A stretch of 64,000 nucleotides of DNA from NCBI RefSeq assembly GCF_009914755.1, contig NC_060947.1; one strand, written 5' to 3'. The notes beneath the pieces are model-generated. The model did no database searches. It was not told the DNA's origin and saw only the letters and a program-made list of their open reading frames with translations. Below, one piece after another: positions 40,063-55,925 of this stretch (positions within the stretch are counted from its first letter, which is position 1; each line of letters starts with the position of its first letter). The position numbers and the translations under genes were made by a program. Origin of the DNA: the human T2T-CHM13v2.0 reference genome, Homo sapiens.

Positions 40063-40357
40063 CAGTTCACCCTCTATATCCATGGGTTTTGCATCATCAG
40101 ATGCAACAAACTGCCAGGTGAAAATATTTTAAAAATATAATACACACAGAAACAAGACAGTAAAACCAGTATTTACATAACACTTACATTGTACTAGGTA
40201 TAAATAAACTAGAGATGATTTAAAGTGTACGAAAGGATTGCTAGGCATGGTGGCTCATGCCTGTAATTCCAGCACTTTGGGAGGACGAGGCAGGCAGATC
40301 GCTTGAGGTCAGGAGTTAGAGACCAACCTGGCCAACATGGTGAAACCCGGTCTCCAC

Positions 40358-40392
<35 letters not shown>

Positions 40393-40708
40393 ATACAAAA
40401 ATTAGCCAGGCGTACTGGTGGGCGCCTGTAGTCCTAGCTACTCAGGAGGCTGAGGCAGGAGAATCATTTGAACCCAGGAGGTGGAGGTTGCTGTGAGCCA
40501 AGATCGCACCACTGCACTCCTGGGTGACAGCACGAGACTCTGTCTCAAAAATAATAATAATAATAAAATAAATAAAGTATACGGAAGGATGTACATAGGT
40601 CATGTGCAAATACTACACCCTTTTATATAAGCGACTTGAACATCTGCAGATTTTGGTATCTGCATGGATGCTGGCACCAACCCTTTGGAGATACTGATGG
40701 ATGACTAT
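40063..40708 (-). mobile_element. MER2 (Tigger-family MITE) interrupted by Alu
   Basis: cagttcaccctctatatccatggg ... ttttggtatctgc...ccaaccctttggagatactgatggatgact. Confidence 0.8.
40239..40573 (+). mobile_element. AluSx/Sz with (TAAA)n-expanded middle linker
   Basis: TSD aaagtgtacgaaaggat (40222-40238) / aaagtatacggaaggat (40574-40590). Confidence 0.95.
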
Positions 40709-41249
40709 ATACATCTGAACAAACACTATTTGACTACTTATGATAAAATACTCAGATCCCAAAAAAGTTATAATATTGTAACACTAAGAAAATAAATAGC
40801 AGTATCAAATAAATCTCAAAACCAAATGACTTAGTAAAATATTATTATCACTCAAATATGAAACTTATTCCATCCAAAATTGGCAACATTATTTGGTAAC
40901 TCTAATAATAGCAGCTATGGTTATTTAGCTCCTACTATGTCCCAAGCCTTTGGATAGGCTGCTTTTCATTATACCTTATCTCATCATGGAAGTGTCATAT
41001 CATTTCATCTTTAACTATTCCGTCGTGTATTTCCATCATGTATTTCTAGAAGATAAGAATTATTTCATTAAGGAATACCACAATACCATTATCTCTCAGA
41101 AAAAAACAAACTTCTATCCTCATGAAATATCACTTGATGTGCAAATTTCACAAAGGTCATCGTTTTTTTCAGTATATTTGTTTGAATCAGGATCCAAATA
41201 GGTTTCACACCTTGATATTGGTTCATGTTATCTCTTAAATCTCATTTAA

Positions 41250-41545
41250 TTAATTAATTATTTATAGAGACAGGTCTCACTGTGTTGCCCAGTCTGAAGT
41301 GCAGTGACATGACCACAGCTTACTGTAACCTTGAATTCCTGGCCTCAAGCCATCCTCCTACCTCAGCTTCCCAAGCAGTTGGGACCACAGAAGCCTGCCA
41401 ACATGCCCAGATAATTTTTAATTTTTTAATAGAGATACGGTCTCACTATGTGGACCGGGTGTGTCTTGAACTCCTGGCCTCAAGCGATCCTACCATCTCA
41501 GCCTGCCAAAGTAATTGAATTACAGGCAAGAGTCAGTGACTGGCT
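41250..41545 (-). mobile_element. AluJ
   Basis: Diverged antisense dimer (aactcctggcctcaagcgatcc); TSD-like aaatctcattt / aaatctctttt. Confidence 0.88.
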
Positions 41546-41638
41546 CTAAAATCTCTTTTAATTTATAGTTTCTTCTCCATTCTTTCTCTTCTTTGTTTTA
41601 AATTTTGAAATTATTTTTGAGGACACTTGATCGTTATC

Positions 41639-42083
41639 TGTGGTAAAAATGACTCCTCTCAAAGATATCCAAATCTGAACTCATGGAAACCTGGAATGTT
41701 ATCTTATATGAGAATAAAGTGTTTTTGCAGATGTGATTAAGTTAAGGATACTGGAAATAAGGGATTATCCTAGATTACCCGGGTGATCTTTCAAGGCAAT
41801 TTTAAGGGTTCTTACAAGTGAGAGGCAGAGGGAATTTTTACAGAAGAGGAGGTGGCAAAGTGACCAGAGAGGCAGAGACTGGAGTGATGCCGCCAGAAGC
41901 CAAGCGATGCCAGCAGCCACCAGAAGCTGGAAAAGGAAGTCTTGCCCTGCGGATACCTTGAATTCAGCTTATTGGTATTCATTTCAGACTTCTGTCTTTC
42001 AGAACTGTGGGAGAATAAATTTCTGCTGTTTTAAGCCAACAAGTTTCTGGTAATTTGTTATGGCAGCCCTAGGAAATGAATAA
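41639..42083 (+). mobile_element. MLT1C/D MaLR solo LTR
   Basis: tttgcagatgtgattaagttaagga...cagaactgtgggagaataaatttctgctgttttaagcca...ggcagccctaggaaatgaata. Confidence 0.88.
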
Positions 42084-42579
42084 TTTTTTCTGTAAAATTT
42101 CCTGCATTGTGGCTTTTGCTGATTTCAAGCCTTTGATTTTTTAAATATGTTCTTCTGTCTTTTCTACTTTTCGCTTATTTTTCTTTTCCAAGATGGTTTT
42201 ATAGGTGGTTTATATACTTTTACACAGATGCATATTATCTCTGGATGTCTCTCTTTTTAATTTTAGCAGGTATTTTAACTTATTGCTTACATTCATATAT
42301 TCACTGGGAATTGAAATATAGCTATAATTTCTACATAGGCACTTTACATGTATTATCTTCTGTCTTATTAACAACTTTGCACTTTAGGTGATATATTCGA
42401 AAGCAAATAGAATACAGAACTAAATTTTGAAAGCAGAGGATGAAAGTCCAAATTCTGGGTTATATCTATAATGCTGCACTTTTACCAAGAATCTCAGGTA
42501 AAACAGAGCTGAGAATTTGACCCCTACTCTTCTCCTCCATATCTACCATCCATTGATTTAGACAGAAAGTAGGAGTTTC

Positions 42580-43947
<1,368 letters not shown>

Positions 43948-44234
43948 ATTTATTTTTCCTTTTATAATCACCCATAATTTTGCACTTAAAGTTTTTTTTT
44001 TTTATCTCATAGCCTTTATTTATTTGGAGTTTTCTCTTCGCTCCAAACCCCTCAGGTAGGCAGATTAAGGATTTCTGTTTCTATGGTATAATTGAGAAAA
44101 CGGAGCCTTCACACAATGAAGTGACTGGTCCAAAATCAAACAGATAATAATGGACAGGTCTGGGAATTACACCCAGATGTTGTGATTGTAAGTCACTGTT
44201 CTGTCATATTACTTCCAATAGTTATCCACAAACC

Positions 44235-44795
44235 CATTCATCCATTCATTCTTCCAACATTTATTGATTATATGTTATGAACCAGGCCAATACTAGGCTG
44301 CGGATGCTACAAAGATAAATCCAGTACAAACTCTGCCCTCAAAAAAGTCACAGGAAACAGGCTTAGAAAATAAAAGGATAATACAGTGCAACAGTTTTTT
44401 GTTAGAGCAAAAGCACTCAATGCTCTATGGGGCCCCAGATAAAGTCTTTACCCCAAGCCAAAGGGAAGGTTTCCATTAGCTTCAAAGACTGAACAATACG
44501 TGACAGTTATGTAGAAGTCAGACACAACAGCAGAGAGGGCAGCATTCAATTCATTTCCCAAATGCTTGATAGGACCCATGCTAGGCACTTCACTTCAGAG
44601 TATATTAATTGCTGGAGGAGAGGATAGTAAAAAAACATATTATAATACAGCATGATAAATGAAATGAAAAGGGAACATACATATTACAGTGGAAGCACAA
44701 AAAAATGAATGGCAAACTCCCCTTGGATAAGAGAAAATAATCACAGACAACCTCCTACGGTAAGTGACTGGAGCGAAGTCTTGAAGAATGAATAA
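44235..44795 (-). mobile_element. L2 fragments
   Basis: cattcatccattcattcttccaacatttattga...; gagcgaagtcttgaagaatgaataag. Confidence 0.55.
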
Positions 44796-44844
44796 GGGCC
44801 CACTGCCATGGCCATGGTGTTGCAGTCGCACCAATGCACCTTAT

Positions 44845-45438
44845 TGTAGCAGTTTCTTGTTGTCTGAACTAGTACCCCAAGCTCTTTGTCCTACTTCCAA
44901 GAAAATTAAGGAACATGGACATAAAGTGGGGGTTGGAGCAAAAGTTTAATAAGTGAAAGGAGAAAGCTCCCCAGAGTAGAGAGGGGAGTCCAAGTGGATT
45001 GCCGAGTTATAGCTGAGTTTAAAGCTTTTGTAAGAAACTCATCTCTGCAGCAGTATGAGTAACTTTTCAGTAAAGCTGTCTGTGCAACTTCCCTTATCTT
45101 ATGCAGCTATGGGTATGTCTCTAGGGAAGCACAAAGCACTGCTTCTCTTTTTTTGTATAACTGTGTGTTTGTTTTAGGTAAGTCCCCTCCTCCCTGTGCA
45201 AGTTCCCATCATGTATATGCCTGAAAAGGGAAGGAAACGTTTTCCTGGGAACTCAGTAATCATACAAAGAAAAAGACTTTCTGTGCTGGACCCTGTTTGC
45301 TTATCTGTGTGCAAGTACAGCCTGAGTGTTTTATTTTTCCCAGGTTGCTTCATTTTTGCCCATTGCTGTGATTTTTCAGGCAGGCCACTTCTGCTGTCTG
45401 AATTTTTCCTAAATGATTTTTCCTTTCTGTCTCTCTCA
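44845..45438 (-). mobile_element. ERV1-class solo LTR (MER61/MER83-like)
   Basis: TG...CA termini (tgtagc... / ...ctctctca) and an antisense attaaa poly(A)-like signal at ~44945. Subfamily is uncertain. Confidence 0.7.
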
Positions 45439-46790
45439 ATGGGAAGAAAAGTACGGAGAAGGGAAAGGCTATTCAAAAGTAAACACAAGTATGCTTGCAT
45501 AAACACCAGGAAATGCTAGCCAGTGAGAATCCCAACCCACTCCACATGGACTAACTTTATATAGCACCTCACTCTTAAAATAGCCAAGTGGTACACCAAG
45601 TGCTTTTAACTCTTGGCATAGGTCTTTCACGACTTACGTGCATTGCATCAAACATTTTCCATTGTAGAAGTTAGTTTGATTGAAAATCCATTATTTCTGG
45701 CCTATCTCTTTAAAGTCACCTGGGATTCCTCAGAAAGGCTGGTACACTTGCCATTTGGCAAGGTGCTGTATAATAGCTCTTCTACTTAGGGACATGAACA
45801 CGTGGAAAGAACTGAACAAGTCACATTACAATTTTGGAAACTGCAATACAAAAGGTGACTTGGAAAGCAACACGCACATTTCCAGAGCACAAGCTAGGCC
45901 AATTCTAATTTCGAGAGAGGTGAACAGAAACCAAACCTTCAGTTCATATTAATTTGACAACATTATCACTTCAGTGTTTTCCTCTTTAGTAGTCCTGACC
46001 TTGACTCAGTCCTTACATTGGTGCACTGCCTAGCAGGACTATGATTCATGCCAGAAATCAGATGGACCCAAAGGGAGATCCTGCCATTCCTTATAAAAAT
46101 AATTTGTGAAATGTATGTACAATGACCATAACACTTATGCTAAGGGATGTGAAACACTTTTTTTTTTTCACATCAAGAACAGGTTTCCTCAGGCAACAGC
46201 AGAATTCCTATAGTTATGGAAATGAATGTAAGACTTCAGAAAAGGACATATCATAGAGAGAAAAGAAGAGTTAGAAAGTGCATGTTACATGCAGAAATAT
46301 AATGAATAAGTATGAGTGAAAGTAGACTTTAATGGTTTTGCCCTCTACTTCCGCATCCACACATTCCTGTCACTAATTCTAGAGATTTTCAAAAGCATTC
46401 TTTTTTCTTTCAAATATAAAAAGGTACCTTAATTTTTTGACTTTTACATTTTAAAATTCTTTTTCTGTAGTTCTCCCCACCCGAAGTTATCTCCACCACT
46501 AACAACTCTATCCAAAATGTAACCTGTTCTCCAGATCTTCCCATACTCAGCTGTGCTTTCTTAAAAATTTTAGAACATTTATCATCAGTTCCACATAATA
46601 ATCTCGAAGATCATTTTGCTTCAACTTCTTCGAGACTCCAATCAAGCTTCTGGTAAGCGTTCCTTGACTCTAGAGTTCATATTTACTTGTTCTTCTTGTT
46701 TTTTGACAGTACCTAGTCTATGCTGTTATTCTGCAATTTATAATACTGCAATTATAGGTTTACAAATGTGTACCCTGCAACTGGCTCATA

Positions 46791-47096
<306 letters not shown>

Positions 47097-47500
47097 AGGC
47101 TCATTTACTATATCAGGGAACTTGTTTGATATACATGGCCCAGTATCTAGTACCTGGTAAGAAATCAGGAAATGAATTCGGGAAATTAATAGAACACCAA
47201 AACATTGAAATAGAGAGACCTCTGGTAACTGCAAACAAAAGAGAAAATTCAAATAAAAAAATATGGGAAAGATGATATTGCTAATAATAGATACAATGGA
47301 GAGTCTATTAATAATGAAGAAATTCTTGAGGAAATAAATGATTCTATGAATATATAATATAGGAGAACTACCATAACTGGCACACAAAGTGGAAAACTTG
47401 GAAAGATAATACTCATGAAAGGAATAGAAAATGCTATTAAAGAAAAATCTTCTTAAAAAGGCTCCAGGCCCAGGCAGTTAGTAGCAGAATTCCTTTACAT

Positions 47501-47727
47501 CAGTGTTTTTAACTGGTGCGTGTGTGGCAGCAGGGTGTGGGGGTAGATGTTGCCCCCAGGGGCAAAAATCCCTCATCAGTGTCTGAAGATATTTTTGGTT
47601 GTCACAAGCGGGGTGGGGAGGATCATTACTGACATGTAGTGGGTTAAGGCCAAGGATGGTGCTAAACACTCTGTAATTTATAATTACCCAGCTGAAACTG
47701 TCAATAGTGCTGAGGTTAAGAAACCCT
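47501..47727 (+). mobile_element. MER20 (hAT-Charlie MITE)
   Basis: atttttggttgtcacaa...ggccaaggatggtgctaaaca...tcaatagtgctgaggttaagaaaccct. Confidence 0.85.
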
Positions 47728-47959
47728 TCTGTACCCTTAAAAAGAATTTCTGTGCTATATAAAACATTCCAACACATAGGAAAATAAGGAAAGCTCCTCC
47801 AAGCAACTTCTATAGCAAACATTATTCTGGTATTTGGAAATCAGACAGTTAATACCAAAAACATACAGTACTCTACAGACTATACTTACATATGCAAAAA
47901 ACACCAAGTAAAATGATAATAACACACATCTAGCAGTGTGTATAATATATCTAATAATT

Positions 47960-49040
<1,081 letters not shown>

Positions 49041-49419
49041 AAAATGTTTTTCAAATCCCTGAAATGCAAGGATTACTTAATATTTGAAATTTTATCAATA
49101 TAATTAATTGCATCACTAGAAAAAAATAAAAGATGAGACAACCTTCTCATTAAATACAGAAAATGTTTTTGGTCATATTAAAATTTATTCCTCACAAAAT
49201 GTTTAACAAATTAGAAATTAAAGGGTACCTATTTAACATGATAAATCACAGCCAATATCAAACTTCTATGTGAAACATGTGAAACATTGTATTATAGACA
49301 GTCCCATTAAAATGAGGAACAAAACAGTTCCACTAATCCTGCTACTTACATGACATGGTTCCAAAATGTTTGCTGTTATAGCAGAATGAGCAAATATATT
49401 AATTTTAACATTTGACAGT

Positions 49420-49620
49420 TTGGATTTTAACACAGACTCTGTTTTTAATATCTGTGTTCAATTACCTAATTACTTAATCTTTCTAAACCTCAGATTTCTC
49501 ACCTGTAATATCGGGATAACATTAGTACATATAGCATTGCTGTGAAGATTAAGTCAAGGTGAATAAACATATTACAAATGTGCCCAGAATATAGGAAAGC
49601 ATTTTGTGTTAGCTATTGTA
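49420..49620 (+). mobile_element. MIR fragment
   Basis: ttacttaatctttctaaacctcagatttctcacctgtaa...gtgaagattaag. Confidence 0.65.
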
Positions 49621-50639
49621 ATTATTATAATAATTATTGGCAATTGTAATGAAAAATATGACTCTAGGAGATATGGTTATCATAACAGATATTCATCTAT
49701 AGGTGCTCATTAATAGTAAATTGCTAGAGTTCACTCATGTTTCATCTGAGAAGGTTTCATTGCACTGCAATCAGCAAATTCATCAAAGAAGCAATACCAG
49801 ACAATAGTCACCTATCGGATTAATAAAAACATTCACTAGAAGACTCACGCAATGTGTTGATATTGTTACCAGCAATAAGCTCCTAGTACTGCCATATAAA
49901 ACCGCAGTGCATAATTTCTATTCTTTTTTACATCAAATATATAAGACAATCTGCTTCAGGCTGGGTAGCTGGTTTCCTCGGACAGGAGACAGGCTTCTCT
50001 AGAATTTACTCACCAAGATGGGATTCTCAGAAGCATATGAAATTTATGCAGAGTGGGGCAAAAGGAGCAAATGTATACAAATGAGGAATTGTTTGACCTC
50101 AATAAGTCCCTACATATGTCAATAAGCATCTCCAAACAAGAACAAGATCAAGTGCCCTCTCAAAGCTCTGTGTGCTTGCAAGGGTGAGTGAGAGAGAGAC
50201 AGAGAGAGAAAGAGAGAAAAAATGAAAATACAACTTGGCAGGTTTCCAGCCTAACCATCCTTTAACTGGTGGCCATTAAAATAATACCTTCCAGCTGGCT
50301 GAATCATTTTCTGTCGTCTCTTTGTATATGAGAGCATGCATGTCTTTTGTCACTCTTTGTTAATAATACACATGCATCTGCCCTCTAGTCAGCAGTTGTG
50401 CAAACTAATAACAAAACTCAGTATCCAACACTCTGCAATAACTGGCTTGCTTCCTTGCTAAGGCCACCCCAGTCATCATTCATGAGCAAAGTAATCCAGA
50501 TCCCAAGATCAAACCATTCCCAGGCTAAGAAAATACAAAGAGGGTTACATCCTGATGTTATAAGCTCAGTTTCAAATCGACTGGGTAGTGCAAGTCCCCT
50601 CGATGTTCTCCCCCTTCCTTTCCAACAGAAAATATGAAA

Positions 50640-51094
50640 TGGCAAAGTACAGGTCCCAGGGAATGAACAATAATCTAAGACAATCATGGTAGCTCCGTAC
50701 CTTTTTGACGGTAATTAATGTAGAGGTTGGCACGGCCAATGAAGCATGAGGGGAGTCTGTTGGTGAGTAGGGTGCAGAGTGTTCTAGAAAAGAATTGTTT
50801 TTCTCATTTTTTTCTGAAGACACCAGTTCAGATTCAACTTCTTTCTTGTGCTCTTGTAGGCAGTTTTTCAAAGACACAAAACTTAGAGATATGGCATGCA
50901 TCTCGTGACCGTAAAGGTTAAGCAAATAGAATCACGGAACAGACAAGCCGGTCTACAGCCCTGAGATCATTGAGATGAATTAATGTGGAGCTGCCTACCT
51001 CCAAAATTCCAGTATGAGATTAATATACTCTTACTGTTTAAGCTACTTTTAGATGGGTATTCTATTACTTGCATCCACATTATCTAAACTGATA
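50640..51094 (+). mobile_element. MLT1J/K-like LTR
   Basis: 3' end tgtttaagctacttttagatgggtattctattacttgca...aactgata. Confidence 0.55.
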
Positions 51095-51533
51095 AAATCT
51101 GGTTTTACAATTTGGGCTCTTGCCTTATTCTCATATCAAGCCCCCACCTCATACATACTTAGGGATCCTGCGGCAATATGACCCGTTTTAGAGTGCCCTC
51201 TTCTGCTCACTTTCAAATACTCCAGTTCATCCAGGTGTCAGATTGCACAGGTGCCATTCACTCATTTTGCATTGATCATCTTCTCTGTGCCAGGCATCTT
51301 TGAAAGTCTTTTTATCTCAAGATTTCTCAGAGTCTGTAACGCAGACCTGATCTCTATATGCAAACCTGAAACTTCACAGTTTACTGCCAGTCTACCCTGG
51401 TTCCAAGGTAAACTTTGACTACATTTCCTACTGCTTCCATTTACCAGTTGCATGCCTCTCCGTGTAAAGGAAAAACCCTAACCACTACCTGCCAGGTGGA
51501 AGTCATTGATCATTGGTTTTTCAATCTAAGGGA

Positions 51534-51715
51534 GCAGTTCTAAACATTGAATGAGCATTAAAATCACCTTGGGAGCTTAAAAATAATCCCAGTGCCCACG
51601 CCATATCCAAGAGCAATTAAATTAGAATCTCTGGGGTTGAGATCTAGGCATCATTATTTTTTTAAAACTACCCTTACTCTCTGATTCTGTATGGGACCAA
51701 CATTGAAATACACTG
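51534..51715. mobile_element. MER5A-like hAT MITE
   Basis: gcattaaaatcaccttgggagctt...attagaatctctggggttg...gaaatacactg. Confidence 0.7.
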
Positions 51716-52097
51716 ATTGAGTACTTGTGGAACGCATCTAAAAGCACCTGAAAATCTCCTTTAAACTACAATGCATCTTCCCCCGAATATGTTGAAAACC
51801 CCTGCCTTATATGTCTCTATCGTCCTACCTATCCCCACAAGCAACCAAGACAATTCATTCTGTCACCTGCTACATTTGTTCCCCTTGAGGCCAGTAACCA
51901 CATTGACCAGATGAGCCAGAACAGTAACTGAAGAGTGCTGGGTCTGCCTTTGATCAGGCATGAAGCTGTGAGGACCAGACGGCTAAAAATTGCTCTTGAC
52001 TCAGGGAAACTCAAATTTTCCTTTAAACAGATAGTCAAACCCAGGGTTTTGTTTTTTTTCCCCCCCCACTACAGAGACTCTACTCTTCTAACTAGCA

Positions 52098-52278
52098 CAG
52101 TGTTCTCCAAAATCATCTGAAGATAATAATCACCTGGTATACTTGTTCTACACACCGAGTCCTGGGGCCTAACCCAGAACTACTGAAGTAGAATTTCCTG
52201 GAGAAAGATCTGGTAATGTGTATAGTTAACAGGTTGTCCCAGGTGATTCTTAGCAAGCATTTTTTGAAAATACTCCAT
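52098..52278. mobile_element. MER5-like hAT MITE
   Basis: cagtgttctccaa...aatcacctgg...cccaggtgattctta...tttgaaaatact. Confidence 0.65.
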
Positions 52279-53009
52279 TACTGTATATTTTCCCAATTGT
52301 ATCTCTTCTGACCAAGGATTAGGTTAATCTGGGTTGTAGCCAAACCCCAGAAGATAGCACTGAATTCTGAGAATAGAAGGAGGCCTTGAAAACAATCAGA
52401 AAATTAATCCCTCTGTACCAAAGCTATGAATTATGCAGTGTTCTTACTGAAACCTCTCTGAACAATAACCTCTGGCCTTATGTAGGAAAACTTTTTCATT
52501 AACGTACGTGTATCTCTTCTCTTGATCTCTACCAGGCCCAATAGAATCTGACCCCCTATTGCCAGAAGCGTTTCTACACACACACACTTGGAAACATACT
52601 GCAGAACCTGGGGCACAGAGTTGGCTAGCATGGCTTGAGCACTTAAAATTCGTAGCGCCCCACACTTCCCAGACCTCCTGCAGCTGAGGAAAGTTGAGTG
52701 ACTAGTTCTCACCAATGAATTGTGAGCCACTGTTGTAGCAACCCCAGGGCACATATAATAAGGTAGTCTGTAGAGAATTTAAAACCAACCTATTCCCACC
52801 TCATTTTGGCAATTCGATAAAGTATCAGTGATATATTATTCCTTCCTTAATACACACGCACACAGGCACACACACATATATATATATATGCACACACACT
52901 GTATATTTTGGCAGTCTACGTTCAAAGTAATTGCCGTGGTTACTGTTGAGTTTTAATCATATATCTCTACATCTCAACTTAGCACTTTGCTATTACTAAT
53001 CCCTTAAAA

Positions 53010-53538
53010 CAGTGTTTCCCAACCTTTTCGGCACCAGGGACCATTTTCGTGGAAGACAATTTTTTCCCGGACTGGGGGTTGGGGGATGGTTTTGAGATGA
53101 TTCAAGTGCGTTACATTTATTTTGCACTTTATTTCTATTATTATTACATTGTAATATATAATGGCATTACGATACAACTCACCATAATGTAGAATCAGTG
53201 GGAGCGTTGAGCTTGTTTTCCTGCGACTAGACAGTCCCATCTGGGGGTGATGGGAGACAGTGACAGACCATCAGACATTTAGATTCTGATAAGGAGCCAG
53301 CAACCTAGATCCCTCGCATGCGCAGTTCACAATACGGTTCGCACTCCTATGAGAATCTATTGCTGCCGCTGATCTGACACGAGGTGGAGCTCAGGCGCTA
53401 ATGTGAGTGATGGGGAGAGGCTGTGAATGCAGGTGAAGCTTTGCTCGCTCACGTGCCGCTCATCTCCTGCTGAGCAGCCCAGTTCCTAACAAACCACGAA
53501 CTGATATCTGTCCATGACCCAGGGGTTGGGGACCCCTG
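53010..53538 (+). mobile_element. MER1A (hAT-Charlie)
   Basis: cagtgtttcccaaccttttcggcaccagggacc ... ggggttggggacccctg, ~529 bp. Degenerate 8-bp TSD ccttaaaa/ctttaagg. Confidence 0.9.
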
Positions 53539-53559
53539 CTTTAAGGAATACTATATTCT

Positions 53560-53822
53560 CACAAGGACAAAAAACGAAACACCACATGTTCTCACTCATA
53601 GGTGGGAAATGAACAATGAGAACACATGGACACAGGAAGGGGAACATCACACACCGGGGCCTGTTGTGGGGTGGGGGGAGGTGGGAGGAATAGCATTGGG
53701 AGATATACCTAATGTTAAATGACGAGTTAATGGGTGCAGCACACCAACATGGCACATGTATACATATGTAACTAACCTGCACGTTGTGCACATGTACCCT
53801 AAAACTTAAAGTATTAAAAAAA
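53560..53822 (+). mobile_element. Short 5'-truncated L1PA3/4 3' UTR
   Basis: Near-identical to 22045-22309. 17-bp TSD aaggaatactatattct (53543-53559) / aagaaatactatattct (53823-53839). Confidence 0.95.
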
Positions 53823-55389
53823 AAGAAATACTATATTCTATATGAAAGTGAATTTGGAGAACTACCAGGGATAAAGTCATTTCCAAGACACACTCAGCTA
53901 CACAAGTTTCCTTTAAGGGTAAGTTTGTCAGAGTTTGGAATCATTTGAGCTCCTTGGAACGTAGTTCTCATCTCCAACTCCTGGGATACTATATATCCCT
54001 CCAGTAGATACAAAATAAACCATGATAGCATAGGGATCATGAAGACAAAGACTTAGACGTGAGTTACCATAAACCTTTCTTTCTATACAACCACTCAGCA
54101 TTTTAATTTGTGTTTAAATTTTGCTTTAACTGCAGAGAAACTTGAAGGCCTCTGAAAGAAATCCTAAAGAAACAAAGACATGGACAGTACTGTAATTTGT
54201 AGAATTTATTTTGAAGCTGTATTTGATGAATCTCTATCAAACTTATCCTTATGTATAATGTTTCCTAATTATTTGTAAATCCGTTTCATAGAAAAGAAAC
54301 ATTTTAAAATTAAAGCTAATAAAAAGTATTTTTCAATTGACTCTAAGCGAACATGAATATGAGGTTGATTTTGATGAATCTGACAAATTAGCAGAAATAT
54401 TAAAATCAGAAACAGTAATACCATTGTTATTTATTACTGTGTCCTACCAATATGTAGGTATAATTTCTCCCTGCTATCAAAAATGACCTTTTTATAAATA
54501 TGAAGCATTAATCTATTACTTTTTTATTTTTTTCACTAAAATATTTTATTTTTAATCTTTTAGTTTTTACAGGCTTCATATGAAAGCAAAAGTTTGAACT
54601 TTTCTGATCATTATTTAGTTTATGTAATGATTATTACGGAAAATAATTGTGTCATATAGAGGAGGAAAGCATTACAAAATTATCCAGTTCAGATATTGAG
54701 TATTCTAGGTAAACCAGTGCCGTAAGCAGAAGTAAAGTGCATTGTCATTTTTTGAACTGAGAAGGTGAAAAGCCTTCCTTTATTTTAACCCTCACTGTCA
54801 CCATAGATGCCTCCTGTTGAAATAGCAGTGCTACAAGATGAGGAAAAGCTGGATTTCTGAGTCACTCTTGGAAGGGAATTGGTCCACATAGTGGACTGAC
54901 CAGCAGACTTATATGTAAATGAAAATACTTCCATGTGTTAATCCATCAAATTTCAGGATTTGTTTTTGTTACTAGAGCAAAGCCTAGATGATCCTGACTA
55001 ACATGAGCTGAAGCACAGTTATCCTTTCTTCAGATAGGAAGATGCTGTCAGGTTTAGTGTGCCAAAACCAAGACAGCAATCCAGCTTTTTAATTTCTGGA
55101 CCTTTGATCTTTGAGCAAGTCATGGAGAGAAAGTACCATACAAATGGCGTATGTTATGTAGGTATGTTTTGAGCTCAGGGACCGAAAAGCCCTTTCTCAA
55201 TTTTAACCCTCAATTTTGTGTTGGTCTGATACAGTAATGCCACATTCACTCAGAAGCATTACAGAATGAGGAGTTCCACATGGGAGGTGGGGCATCTAGC
55301 TCTACAGACCAGATTGAGAATCAGGAGACTATCATTTTTTCAAGTTTTTGCCATTCACTGTCTGACTTTGAGCAAATAACTTTTCTTCC

Positions 55390-55760
55390 CCAAGGTTTTC
55401 CTTAAGCAGCTTTGTTGCCAACAGAAGATACATAATCTGACTAATTTAAGCAACCAAGGTGATGTATTGAGAGGGTATTGGGTTAACTCACTAAATGAAA
55501 AGAACTAGATAAGCAAATCTCAGGAAGGACAGGAACCAGAGTAGCTCTAGAGATTACAGCAAAAGAAACTCATGAACTCCATCTTTAGGGAACTGCTGTC
55601 AGATGATGTGGGTCAAAACATTCTTAGTCTCCGTATATCTGTGTGTGAGATTTCAATTCCTAGAATAGGGTGATCTCCTTGGCTTAGCTTAGCAGTGTGT
55701 GCAGCCTAGTGATATGCTAGAACCTGGTTTAGTATTCTAGCCTACTGGACCCAGGGAAAC
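55390..55760 (-). mobile_element. MLT1K/L-like LTR fragment
   Basis: tttgttgccaacagaa...ctgactaatttaagcaa...tattgagagggtattgggttaactca. Confidence 0.5.
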
Positions 55761-55868
55761 AAGATGGGAGAAGACTTGAAGGGCAGCTACAACCAGGCCT
55801 AAGTTTCCACATTTGACAACAGAAAGTGGTTGAACAACATTAGTGTTGAGATACAAATAGAGTTGTAT

Positions 55869-55875
55869 CTCTATG

Positions 55876-55907
<32 letters not shown>

Positions 55908-55925
55908 ATCTATCTATCTATCTAT
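55869..55925. repeat. (TCTA)n tetranucleotide STR
   Basis: Visible directly. Confidence 0.95.

Larger units (their letters stand above)
52728..54719 (+). mobile_element. hAT-Tip100 element (MER97-like) with transposase dimerisation-domain remnant
   Basis: gtctgtagagaatttaaaa near the 5' end; 54290-54410 resembles ERSFSKLKLIKS...DFDE..DKFAE; 3' end tattctaggtaaaccagtg. Confidence 0.6.
52620..55003 (+). mobile_element. MLT1H/J-like LTR split by a hAT insertion (pieces ~52620-52727 and ~54720-55003)
   Basis: acttcccagacctcctgcagct...gttctcaccaatgaattgtgagc on the left; resumes gcagaagt...ttgttactagagcaaagcctag...cctgactaaca on the right. Confidence 0.55.
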
